This document shows positions 27,529 to 36,497 of a DNA stretch of 64,000 nucleotides, in pieces (position 1 is the first letter of the stretch; the number at the start of each line of letters is the position of its first letter). Made by a program: the position numbers and the translations under genes. This stretch comes from Chthoniobacterales bacterium (GTDB lineage Bacteria > Verrucomicrobiota > Verrucomicrobiia > Chthoniobacterales > JAFAMB01), in NCBI GenBank assembly GCA_036401335.1, contig DASWVC010000033.1:291-64290 (forward strand), read 5' to 3'. The notes beneath the pieces are model-generated. The model made no database searches, was not told the origin of the DNA, and worked only from the letters and a program-made list of their open reading frames with translations.

Positions 27529-29256
27529 TCAGACGCCCTGGGGTCTGAAACCCAGCAACTGCCGTTCAATGGCTTCCAGCTGTTCTTCCACCGGCCGATG
27601 CCGCTCGGCTTCAGCCGCACAAAAACTCTCCAGGGGAGCAAAGGTCTGGCTGACTTCCTGATAGAAGACATCGATTGCGTGTTTGAGCTGGACCTTTACC
27701 GATTCAGTCAACTGGGTCCGTTTTTCATCCATCTGCCGGCGGTACTCCCGCAAGATCCGGCGTCGGCGGATTAACGCATAAACGGTTCCGCTCAAGGCCG
27801 CAACCCCCGCCAGGGTTCCCGTCACGTCGAGAATGGCCGTGTGTGTCAGGACGGCAATCACCGTGAACACCCCGCCCGCGGCGGCCACCCCCGTCGGAAT
27901 CCGCAGCCAGCGCGTCGTCTCCCCGAAAAGACTTTGCAATTGCTCTTTTATGCGCGCATCCGACGTCTGCTCCAGCAATGTCAGTTCCAGCCGCTGCAGC
28001 ACCGTCTGCCTTTGGGACAGAAATCCCGGCATGACGCTCCGCACGGCTTTTTTCGGATCGGTGGCAAACTGGGAATGCACCCGCTCTTGCAGATCCTGCC
28101 AAATCGAACGAAGGTCAGTTTCAAGCAAGGTCAGGGCATGTTCAAGCTGCGTCTGGACTTTCGCTTTGAGGTCGGTTTGCACCTGATCTTGAAAATCTTT
28201 TTCGGTGCCGCCCGCTCCCACCAAAGCCTTCAAGGTATGGCCGACGCTCAGGTTGTGCTCCAGCAAAGCCTCCCCGCGTTGACGGCAGGAATCGTATGCA
28301 ACCTCGATTTCGCGAACGAATCCGTCTAACTGCCGCACCGACTGAGCCTTGCGCGCTTCCAAGCCGCCCCTGATCGTGCTCAGCTTCTGTTGGTCGGACT
28401 TCAGCATCTCAAGGGAGGCCCGCAACCGGTCCCGCAGGGAGGCGGCCAGCACCCGGGCGGTTTGCTGGATGGAATCCAGCTTGCCGCCGCGCGCCTCGCT
28501 TTCCTGCACGGTTCGCGTGATCCAGGCTTCCAGTTCACCAAAGCGGCTTTCCTGCCAGCGTCGGTCTTCTTCCTGGGGCCCGGCTGTCAGCTTTGCCTCC
28601 AATGCCTTTCTCGCCGACACCGCAAAAACGGGACGGCTTGCGCCAAGGATCTGCAGGATCGTCTGGTTAAGGTGGCGGATGATGACTTCGACCTCCTCGG
28701 GGCTGCGGAGGTCGCTCTGCTGAAGCACAAAAATCAGGTTTTTGCGCCACTGCTGCCCGATCACCCGCAGCATGTCCCAGGCAGAGGCGGCCCAGGGATT
28801 GGTGATGGAAAAGACAAACAAAATCAGGTCGGCAACCGGAATAAAGTTCTCCGTGACCGTTTGGTGGTGAGCGACGATCGTGTTCGTGCCCGGCGTGTCC
28901 ACCACCTGAAAGTCCCGCAAAAAACCTACCGGCAAGTACCGTTCCGTCAGGTACTCGGAAACCGGTTGGTCGTGCGGAGGTTCGCCGAATTTGAAGACGT
29001 AAACCCGATCTGTCGCCGGCAAGACGTCCGCCTTGCAGAATTCCTGGCCGAAAAGCGCGTTGAGCAACGACGATTTGCCTGCCTTGACCTCGCCGACAAC
29101 CACGATCGTGAGTGGATCCGAAAGGCTGTTGACGAGGTCCTGCAGGGGTTGGGTGATCTCAGCCGGCGCGCTGGTCTGCCGGGCAAGGGCGTTCAGTGAG
29201 CCGAGGACTGCGGCCAGGGCGGATCGCCGTCTCAGGTATGGCTCGCCGATCATCAA
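27529..29256 (-). CDS. Bacterial dynamin-like GTPase with a C-proximal membrane hairpin
   Basis: P-loop GEVKAGKSSLLNAL, DTPG, and QQSD (NKxD-like). Long helical region and a hydrophobic paddle, IPTGVAAAGGVFTVIAVLTHTAILDVTGTLAGVAALSGTVYALI. Confidence 0.75.
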   Translation of the reverse strand: MMIGEPYLRRRSALAAVLGSLNALARQTSAPAEITQPLQDLVNSLSDPLTIVVVGEVKAGKSSLLNALFGQEFCKADVLPATDRVYVFKFGEPPHDQPVSEYLTERYLPVGFLRDFQVVDTPGTNTIVAHHQTVTENFIPVADLILFVFSITNPWAASAWDMLRVIGQQWRKNLIFVLQQSDLRSPEEVEVIIRHLNQTILQILGASRPVFAVSARKALEAKLTAGPQEEDRRWQESRFGELEAWITRTVQESEARGGKLDSIQQTARVLAASLRDRLRASLEMLKSDQQKLSTIRGGLEARKAQSVRQLDGFVREIEVAYDSCRQRGEALLEHNLSVGHTLKALVGAGGTEKDFQDQVQTDLKAKVQTQLEHALTLLETDLRSIWQDLQERVHSQFATDPKKAVRSVMPGFLSQRQTVLQRLELTLLEQTSDARIKEQLQSLFGETTRWLRIPTGVAAAGGVFTVIAVLTHTAILDVTGTLAGVAALSGTVYALIRRRRILREYRRQMDEKRTQLTESVKVQLKHAIDVFYQEVSQTFAPLESFCAAEAERHRPVEEQLEAIERQLLGFRPQGV

Positions 29257-29259
29257 AGG

Positions 29260-30009
29260 TCAGTTGCTGGCCGAGTCGGCCCGGGTCACTGCCGGTGCGG
29301 GTGCGCCGGGAGCTTTGGGCCGGTTCCGGGCGATCAGTTCGCTTACCGTCACAAAGTGGTACCCCTTCGCGAGCAACGCATCGAGCGTAGCCGGCATGGC
29401 ATCTACGGTCTGTTTATGGATGTCGTGTGACAGGATGATGGCTCCCGGTTCTGCACCGCCCAGAATGCGTTCCTCAATCACCGCTGCACCTGGCCGCTTC
29501 CAGTCAAAAGGATCGACCGACCACAGGATCACATTAAGGTGAAAATCCTTCTCCACCCAGTCCCGCTGGCGCTGAGTCATCGCCCCGTACGGCGGGCGCA
29601 GCAGGGTGGGCGTGAAGCCGCTGGCCTGCCGGATGGCATCCTGGGTCTTACTGATTTCCTCCGTCACACGCTCGTCGCTGAGTTTGGAGAGTTGGGGGTG
29701 TGTCCAGGAATGGTTCCCCACTTCATGACCTTCGGCCAGGATGCGCTTCACCAGATCCGGATGTTCAGCCGCATTTTGCCCAATCAGAAAAAAGGTGGCC
29801 TTGATGCCGCGCTGTTTAAGCAAGTCAAGCAACCGCGGCGTGTTCTCGGCGCTGGGGCCGTCATCAAACGTCATCGCAAGCCATTTGCCATCCACATGGC
29901 ACGAAGAATAGGTGGCGGGTTTCGGGTCGGGCTTGGGAGCTCCCGTTTCCTGGGCAAAAATCCCGGCGGGCGCAAGCAGCAACGACGCGAGCACAAATCG
30001 AACAAACAT
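29260..30009 (-). CDS. Secreted polysaccharide deacetylase (NodB-type)
   Basis: Signal peptide, with NodB motifs TFDDGP and HEVGNHSWTHP. Confidence 0.88.
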   Translation of the reverse strand: MFVRFVLASLLLAPAGIFAQETGAPKPDPKPATYSSCHVDGKWLAMTFDDGPSAENTPRLLDLLKQRGIKATFFLIGQNAAEHPDLVKRILAEGHEVGNHSWTHPQLSKLSDERVTEEISKTQDAIRQASGFTPTLLRPPYGAMTQRQRDWVEKDFHLNVILWSVDPFDWKRPGAAVIEERILGGAEPGAIILSHDIHKQTVDAMPATLDALLAKGYHFVTVSELIARNRPKAPGAPAPAVTRADSASN

Positions 30010-30012
30010 GGG

Positions 30013-30876
30013 TTAAATAAAGCGGTTCAAGATTACTTCTAACTTTTTCACTGTACCATCAGGCCAAAATTTGCGCGGCGTTACCAATGCAGTGTCCAAC
30101 GCGCAATGCTCCGGCCAGGTAGGTTCCGTCGGAATCCGCTCCACGACGCTTCGCAGGATGCGACGCGCAGCTTCAGCGTTGGCCATCAGGTGCTCAAGGA
30201 TGGCTTGCGCACTCACTGGTTCAACGTGAGTTTTCCAACCGTCGAAGTCGGTGACGAAGCTCATGCTGGCAAATGCGATTTCGGCCTCGCGCGCCAGCTT
30301 GGCTTCCGGGGCGCAGGTCATGCCGATCACCGCAAACCCCTGGCGACGGTAAAACTCCGACTCAGCCCGGGTGGAGAACGCCGGGCCGTCCATGTTCACA
30401 TACGTGCCTCCGTTGTGCGCCGTGCAACCAAGCGCAGCCGCTTCCTCGGCCAGGATCCGCCGCAGCTGCGGACTGACCGGGTCGGCAAAGCTGACGTGGG
30501 CAACGATGCCCGCGCCAAAAAACGTGTGGTCACCACGCTGGCTTGTGCGATCAAAAAATTGGTCCGGCAGCACCAGATGACGTGGTTCATACCGGTCCTG
30601 CAAACTGCCCACCGCCCCAACGCTAATAATCCAGCGCACGCCAACGGAGCGCAATGCGTAAAGGTTGGCCCGGTGGTTCAGTTCGGTCGGCAAGATACGG
30701 TGACCCCGGCCGTGGCGCGGTAGAAAGAACACGGTCCGGTCCTGGAATCGGCCTTCCACCAGCTCATCGGAGGGTGACCCGAAAGGGGTCCCGACCGCGA
30801 GAGACCTCGGGTTTTCCAAACCCTCGATCTGGTAGAGCCCGCTGCCTCCAATGATCCCGATGGCGTTTTCCGGCAT
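30013..30876 (-). CDS. mtnP: S-methyl-5'-thioadenosine phosphorylase
   Basis: Begins MPENAIGIIGGSGLY, with FLPRHGRGHRILP and GMTCAPEAKLAREAE. Start at ATG 30876. Confidence 0.9.
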   Translation of the reverse strand: MPENAIGIIGGSGLYQIEGLENPRSLAVGTPFGSPSDELVEGRFQDRTVFFLPRHGRGHRILPTELNHRANLYALRSVGVRWIISVGAVGSLQDRYEPRHLVLPDQFFDRTSQRGDHTFFGAGIVAHVSFADPVSPQLRRILAEEAAALGCTAHNGGTYVNMDGPAFSTRAESEFYRRQGFAVIGMTCAPEAKLAREAEIAFASMSFVTDFDGWKTHVEPVSAQAILEHLMANAEAARRILRSVVERIPTEPTWPEHCALDTALVTPRKFWPDGTVKKLEVILNRFI

Positions 30877-31022
30877 GCCCGAGCATCTTCCGAGAGATCT
30901 GGAAAAACGCAACGGTCACCGTGCGCGGCGGCGGAAATTGATGAACCGTACCAATGCTACGAATGCCACCGCGGTAACAAACGGAACCAGTCGGATCAAG
31001 GCTGCCACGGCATCTCCGGCGG

Positions 31023-31047
31023 AAAAGCGCAGGCGCGGCTTTTGTTA
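31023..31047. terminator. Possible bidirectional intrinsic terminator
   Basis: AAAAGCGC-AGGC-GCGGCTTTT hairpin (8 bp with one bulge). A-tract and T-tract flanks give a U-run in either direction. It lies downstream of the transporter remnant and upstream of mtnP. Confidence 0.4.
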
Positions 31048-31187
31048 ACCATACACCGGTGGCACCAAGACAAGGGTTCTTGGGCCCTCAATGGGCACCG
31101 GCTCGAGCGGCGCTCCGGCAGGGCGGTGAGTCCTTTCGCCGCGTCCACGCGCCGAGACGAGGGCCTTTCGGGCCCAAAAACCCTTGT

Positions 31188-31412
31188 CTATAGTGCCCAT
31201 TGCCCCGGCGCCTTCTTGCCGCCGCCGTGCATCACCAGGTCGGCCGCCAGAATAAGCCCACCGCCGACCACGAGGGACAACGAAAAAGTCTCGTCCACCT
31301 ACCTGATGCCAGCAAGGCGGGAAAGAACAGGGTAAACAGCGAAGCAAATAAAGGCTCAAAGGTGTAGATCACGCCCGCTTCAACCGCGCTGGCCGGTTCA
31401 GAAATAAATAAA
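31188..31412 (-). pseudogene. 3' remnant of a DMT/EamA-family transporter gene (5'-truncated, one apparent frameshift)
   Basis: Minus-strand translation gives ...ISEPASAVEAGVIYTFEPLFASLFTLFFPALLAS, then after a frame change VDETFSLSLVVGGGLILAADLVMHGGGKK...stop. This is the typical last two helices of an EamA repeat. The frame closes with TGA where the AT-rich DNA begins. Confidence 0.4.
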
Positions 31413-31771
31413 ACATTTTTAGGATTTTTGAATAGCTGTCACTAATAATTAGTCCGGAAAACAAGCAAAAGGGGGTATGCTTCAGGCAACGCGGCCGTTC
31501 AATCAACCTGCACATGCTTCGCATGGCAGCGATGCCGTGAACCAGACCCGAGAGGAGAGAATAATCGTGAAAAAACTTTAGGGTATCCATTCAGACCCGA
31601 ATGAGAATGCCATAATAACAGGAAAATCTATGGGAGAAGGATTTTTGACGTATTTGGCTGCCGGTTCACCCGAACCGGAGTTGCCTCAGCTGGGGCGCGG
31701 CCGTGCCAAGGGAGGGTTGTTTTGCTTGGGATTGGGGGCCAGACCCGGTCGAACGGTCCGGCCTGCTTAAC

Positions 31772-34700
31772 ATGAACCCTCTTTCCCACGAATCATCGGC
31801 CTCTCCCCGTGAGAGAACCGTTCCTCTGACGGAGTCGCAGAAGGGGCTTTACACGCTGTGCGCGATGGACCCGGGTGCCTCCCGGGCCTATAACGAATCC
31901 TTAACGTGCCGTCTGCGCGGGCCGTACAACCACGCGGCCATGGAAGCTGCATTCCAGGTTTTGGCCGACACGCATGAGGCTTTGCGGGCGCGGGTTGATC
32001 CCGATGGAGAATCTCAAACCATTGCGCGCTCAGTGCACTTTCCGGTGCCTTTGGGTGACCTGACAGCGCTGCCGGGCGAAACCCGGGCGGCGGAGACGGC
32101 AAGGCTGTTGCACGAATTTTCCCAGGTCCTTTTCGATCCCGCAAAGCCACCGCTTTTCCGAGCCATGGTGGTGAAGCAAGACGAGGACGTTCACCTGCTC
32201 ACGGTAACGCATGGAGCGATCTACGGAAACGGTCCGTCCCGCAAGAACATCGTTGAGCAGGCGCTGGACGTTTACGCAGCCAGGGACGGTCGCGTGCCTC
32301 CGATGCAACTGTCGGAGTACGTGGCGCGGCGTGCATTGGATGAGAATGATCCGCGGCACGAGGCATTCTGGACCCACGAGTTTCCGGATGCCCCGGTCCC
32401 GCTGGAGTTGCCCTCGGACTTCCCACGGCCGCCGGCCCCGTCGTACCGCGGTGAGCGTGCCTGGAGAACGGTGGATAAACAGACCACCGCTGCCCTCCGG
32501 CAAGTTGCGTCGGCCCACCAATGTTCCTTGTTCGCATTGGTCCTGACCACCTGGCAGGTGTTGCTGCACCGTCTCTCCGGCCAGGATGACTTGGTGGTGG
32601 GCGTCCCTTCCGACAGCAGGCTCCGGTCCGCGCACCCGGGCGGACCGGCGTTGATCGCAAATACCACCAACCTGCTGCCGCTACGAAGCCGCTTCAACGC
32701 CGGAATGCGTTTTTCGGAGCAACTGGAACGGACCAGGCAATTGGTCGCCGGTGCGATCGAGCACCAAGAATATTTTTTCGGCCGTATCCTGGATCGGCTG
32801 AACCTGGTGCGGGACCCGGCAAGATCGCCCCTTTTTTCTGTAGCCTTGAATTTTCAAAAGGCTTTTCGATTTGCCCCGGCAGGCGCTCTGGAGGCAGAAC
32901 CGCTAAGGCACGAATACCCTTACCAGGCGGCCAGGAACTCCGCCGCTTTTGACCTTTTTCTCCATGTCACGGACCAGGGATCGGCCCTCGAGCTGCACGC
33001 TGATTTCTGCTCCGACCTTTTTCTGCCGGAAACGGTCGAGCGGTGGCTGAAACACCTGTGCGCGCTGTTTGAGAGCGTAGTGGCGGACCCGGGCGGTCAG
33101 TGCCAGGCACTGCCGATCCTCACCTCCGCGGAGCGAACCTGCCTGCTGCAAGGTTGGAACGAGACGCACCGCGATTACCCCACCGACATTTTTCTGCATC
33201 AATTCGTCGAGCGGCAGGTTGCACGGACCCCGGACGGCGTCGCCGTGGTCTATGAAGGCGATCTCCTGACGTACGGCGAACTCAACGCCCGGGCCAACCG
33301 AATAGCGCACCGGTTGCAGGCGCTGGGCATTGCTCCGGGAGCGTTGGTGGGCCTCCTGGCCGAGCGGTCGCCGGAAATGGTGATCGGGATCCTGGCGATC
33401 TTGAAAGCCGGTGGAGCTTACGTGCCGCTGGAGCCGAATTACCCGGAGGAGCGTTTGCATTTCCTCTTGCAAGACGCGCAATCTTCCGTGGTGCTGCTCC
33501 AACGACGTTACCGGCCCAAGGTGGCAGGGTTTCAGGGGCTGGTAGTCGAGTTGGAAGCGGATTTCACCACCGAAGGGGACGCCAACCCGGTCAGCGGCGT
33601 GGGGCGGGGAGACGCCGCCTACGTGATTTACACGTCCGGATCTACTGGAAAACCCAAAGGCGTTCTGAACTCGCACGGCGGGCTGGCGAACTGGTTGTTC
33701 TGGATGCAGGAGACTTTTCCGATGGGATCCGGGGACACGATGCTGTTCAAAGCCCCGTTCACCTTTGATGTCTCGGTCCGCGAGGTGTTCATGCCTTTGG
33801 CGGTTGGCGGGTGCATGGTGGTCGCGCGGCCCGGGTTGCATGGAGACAGCCGGCACCTGGTCGACCTCACTACCCGTCATGGCGTGACCATCCTGCATTT
33901 TGTGCCGCCGATGCTGGCCGCGTTCCTTGAGGACCGTGACGTCCGGCGGTGCTCCTCCCTTCGCCTGGTCATGTGCAGCGGCGATGCGCTTTCGTACGAT
34001 TTACAGGAGCGTTTTTTCGACGTTTTCCCCGGCCTTGAGCTCCACAACATGTGGGGCGCGACCGAGCACGCCCCGGAGTCGACCCACTGGCGGTGCGTGC
34101 CCGGACGTCGGAACGGGATCGTCGCCGTTGGCCGCCCGGGTGCGAACACGCAGCTGTACATCCTGGACCGAGCTTTCCAACCGGTCCCCATCGGGGTAAC
34201 GGGGGAAGCTTACCTCGGCGGGGTGCAGACCGCGTTGGGCTACCTGGGCCGCCCCGAGTTGACGGCCCAGAAATTCCTTCCGAACCCATACCACCCGGGC
34301 ACGCTGTACCGAACCGGCGATCTCGGCCGTTTTCGACCCGACGGGGTGATGGAGTTCATGGGCCGGATTGACTTCCAGGTCAAACTGCGCGGGTTCCGCG
34401 TCGAGCTGGGCGAGATAGAGGCGGTCCTCCTCAAGCACGCTGGGATCCGCGAATGCGTCGCGGCTGTGCGGGGCGCGCCTTCGGACCCGGCCAAACGCCT
34501 GGTCGCCTACCTCGTGGGGGATCCAGCTCCAGTGGACAGCCTGCGGCGGCACGCGGCGCTCAGTTTGCCGGAATACATGGTGCCGTCGGCGTTTGTCTTC
34601 CTGGATCGGCTTCCCGTAACCGCGAACGGCAAACTGGATCGGTCAGCGCTTCCCGAGCCCGCCATGGAGGTGCGGGTGGCCAGGGAGCCGAGGGATGCAA

Positions 34701-35800
34701 CGGAAGCACAGCTGATTGCAATCTGGGAGAAGGTACTGGGCCGGTCGCCGGTAGGGGTGACCGACAACTTCTTTGACCTCGGGGGTAATTCCCTTCTTGC
34801 CTTGAAAGCATTTAGCTTGATCCGGGAAGTCGTGGGGGTGAACCTGCCGCTGGCGACGTTGTTTCAGGCACCGAACGTCGAAAGGTTGGCGGCCAAAGTG
34901 CGGGAAACGGCTGCAGACCAGGAATGGGAGCCGCTGGTGGCAATCCAGTTGCAGGGCAGCCGTCCGCCTTTCTTTGCGGTGCATGGCCGAAATGGCAACG
35001 TCCTTTTCTACCGTAAGCTTTCCGAGCTGCTGGGGTCCCAGCAACCCTTTTATGGGCTGCAATCCCAGGGACTGGACGGCAAACCGATGCTCCGCTCCAC
35101 CGTAGAAGAAATCGGTGAGTACTACTTGGAGAAGATCCGTGCGGTGCAACCGCAGGGTCCCTACCTGCTCGGCGGCTATTCGTTCGGGGCGGTGGCAGCT
35201 TACGAGATCGCCCGCCGCCTGCGAGAGCAGGGGGAGGAGATTGCGCTCCTGGCAATGTTCGACATTTACAACCCGGCACGACCGCCCCGGCTGCTTTCCT
35301 ACACAGAAAAGTTCCGGCATCGCATCATGGATGCGGAAGCACGAACGCCTAACCGGGTCCTGCAGTTCCTCGCCCGCCGGACCAAAGGCCGGGTAAGTGA
35401 ACGGTTGCTAAAGTGGAATGAGCTTTCCCGTCGGTTACTGTTGCAAACGGTGAAACGGACCGAGGACAACTCGCCGGAACTCGTGGATCTTCACGTCCAG
35501 ATGGTTCACGAACGCGCGTTTGTCTCCTACCGGCCCAGGCCATTCAATGGAAAAATCACCCTTTTCCGGGCGCTCATGGTGCCGGATGGGTATGAGTATG
35601 AGGCAGAAATGGGGTGGACCGGGTTGGCCGCTCAAGGCATCGAGATTCACGACGTTCCCGGCGATCATTTCACCATCTTCCACGAGGAAAATGTGCCGAT
35701 GCTGGCCGAAAAACTTTCGGCCTGCATCGAGGCGGCTCTAACAAGCATTGGTTCGGGTTCAAGCCCGTCCATGCACCCGGCACCTTATCCCAGCCGATAG
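31772..35800 (+). CDS. Single-module nonribosomal peptide synthetase, C-A-T-TE
   Basis: Start is ATG 31772 (or GTG 31703). See the domain sub-features below for motifs. Residue numbers are counted from the GTG at 31703. Confidence 0.9.
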   Translation: MNPLSHESSASPRERTVPLTESQKGLYTLCAMDPGASRAYNESLTCRLRGPYNHAAMEAAFQVLADTHEALRARVDPDGESQTIARSVHFPVPLGDLTALPGETRAAETARLLHEFSQVLFDPAKPPLFRAMVVKQDEDVHLLTVTHGAIYGNGPSRKNIVEQALDVYAARDGRVPPMQLSEYVARRALDENDPRHEAFWTHEFPDAPVPLELPSDFPRPPAPSYRGERAWRTVDKQTTAALRQVASAHQCSLFALVLTTWQVLLHRLSGQDDLVVGVPSDSRLRSAHPGGPALIANTTNLLPLRSRFNAGMRFSEQLERTRQLVAGAIEHQEYFFGRILDRLNLVRDPARSPLFSVALNFQKAFRFAPAGALEAEPLRHEYPYQAARNSAAFDLFLHVTDQGSALELHADFCSDLFLPETVERWLKHLCALFESVVADPGGQCQALPILTSAERTCLLQGWNETHRDYPTDIFLHQFVERQVARTPDGVAVVYEGDLLTYGELNARANRIAHRLQALGIAPGALVGLLAERSPEMVIGILAILKAGGAYVPLEPNYPEERLHFLLQDAQSSVVLLQRRYRPKVAGFQGLVVELEADFTTEGDANPVSGVGRGDAAYVIYTSGSTGKPKGVLNSHGGLANWLFWMQETFPMGSGDTMLFKAPFTFDVSVREVFMPLAVGGCMVVARPGLHGDSRHLVDLTTRHGVTILHFVPPMLAAFLEDRDVRRCSSLRLVMCSGDALSYDLQERFFDVFPGLELHNMWGATEHAPESTHWRCVPGRRNGIVAVGRPGANTQLYILDRAFQPVPIGVTGEAYLGGVQTALGYLGRPELTAQKFLPNPYHPGTLYRTGDLGRFRPDGVMEFMGRIDFQVKLRGFRVELGEIEAVLLKHAGIRECVAAVRGAPSDPAKRLVAYLVGDPAPVDSLRRHAALSLPEYMVPSAFVFLDRLPVTANGKLDRSALPEPAMEVRVAREPRDATEAQLIAIWEKVLGRSPVGVTDNFFDLGGNSLLALKAFSLIREVVGVNLPLATLFQAPNVERLAAKVRETAADQEWEPLVAIQLQGSRPPFFAVHGRNGNVLFYRKLSELLGSQQPFYGLQSQGLDGKPMLRSTVEEIGEYYLEKIRAVQPQGPYLLGGYSFGAVAAYEIARRLREQGEEIALLAMFDIYNPARPPRLLSYTEKFRHRIMDAEARTPNRVLQFLARRTKGRVSERLLKWNELSRRLLLQTVKRTEDNSPELVDLHVQMVHERAFVSYRPRPFNGKITLFRALMVPDGYEYEAEMGWTGLAAQGIEIHDVPGDHFTIFHEENVPMLAEKLSACIEAALTSIGSGSSPSMHPAPYPSR
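31820..33112 (+). other. NRPS condensation domain (degenerate C3 motif)
   Basis: C1 [12 protein letters not shown]2 [10 protein letters not shown]5 [13 protein letters not shown]7 RDPARSPLF. The HHxxxDG position reads THGAIYG (nt 32207-32227). Confidence 0.8.
33185..34657 (+). other. NRPS adenylation domain
   Basis: A2 [13 protein letters not shown]3 [12 protein letters not shown]4 [10 protein letters not shown]5 NMWGATEH, A7 YRTGDLGR, A8 [21 protein letters not shown]10 NGKLDR. Confidence 0.9.
34694..34906 (+). other. NRPS thiolation (PCP) domain
   Basis: [13 protein letters not shown]; the putative phosphopantetheinyl Ser codon is at 34790-34792. Confidence 0.85.
34955..35722 (+). other. 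NRPS thioesterase domain
   Basis: PFFAVHG, nucleophile elbow GGYSFG (nt 35174-35188), candidate Asp in LAMFD and His in VPGDHFTIF. Confidence 0.85.
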
Positions 35801-36003
35801 ACGATGCGGCCCTTGGTGAGGTCGTAAGGCGACATCTCCAAACGCACGCGGTCACCAAGGTTAAGCCGGATGAAGCGTTTGCGCATCTTGCCGGAAATGT
35901 GAGCCAAAATGACGTGTTTGTTCCCAAGCTCAACCCGGAACATGGTCCCGGGCAGTACTGCAACGATTTTGCCTTCAGTTACTATTTCGGATTCAGCGGG
36001 CAT
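35785..36003 (-). CDS. infA: Translation initiation factor IF-1
   Basis: 72 aa: ...[62 protein letters not shown]. Confidence 0.95.
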   Translation of the reverse strand: MPAESEIVTEGKIVAVLPGTMFRVELGNKHVILAHISGKMRKRFIRLNLGDRVRLEMSPYDLTKGRIVYRLG

Positions 36004-36104
36004 AAAGCAGACTAAAAACCTTCATTGACGGCCGGTTTACCCTGCAGGCGGACTTTTCGCCGGGAACGCTAAACCATGGTTCCCAGGTCAAGCCGCCGCT
36101 GGCA

Positions 36105-36272
36105 TCAGCGACCTGCGCGTGAGAACGACCGGGCGGCGCGCGCACCACCGGATCGATCTTCTTTCGACCGGGCCACATTGACGGTAAGCGCGCGACCGGC
36201 AAGCTGCCCCAAGACCTTTTCAAGGTTCTTGGTGCCGGTATGAAACGACAAATTTCCTAAATAAATTTTCAT
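36105..36272 (-). CDS. RRM-derived mini-protein (internal deletion removes RNP1); possibly a pseudogene
   Basis: MKIYLGNLSFHTGTKNLEKVLGQLAG-RALTVNVARSKEDR aligns with both ends of the full RRM protein at 2868-3209 but lacks about 45 central residues, including KSRGFGFV. Confidence 0.45.
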   Translation of the reverse strand: MKIYLGNLSFHTGTKNLEKVLGQLAGRALTVNVARSKEDRSGGARAARSFSRAGR

Positions 36273-36497
36273 GGATTGAGGTGATTCGATTGCCAGCTCC
36301 ACAGCCGTTCCCGAAAACCGGATTTCAAATCACCACCGAGAAATAACCTCACCTGACGATCCACCGCGCTTCGAATTCGACCAACCGGAAACCAGCATCG
36401 TTCGTCCAACCGAAAACGCAAGAAAAGCTTTCCGTTCACCAGCGGAGCCGCCGACGCGGGAAGAAGCGCCGCGGCTCTAAAGCCAGAACCTGCGCGT

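Noticed and set aside
31369-31590. 73-codon minus-strand ORF in the AT-rich junction
   Set aside because: No family resemblance. It overlaps the EamA-remnant frame, and its composition is atypical. It is discussed in a finding but not called as a gene.
32903-33898. 331-aa ORF antisense to the NRPS A domain
   Set aside because: It lies opposite clear A-domain core motifs and has no recognisable family.
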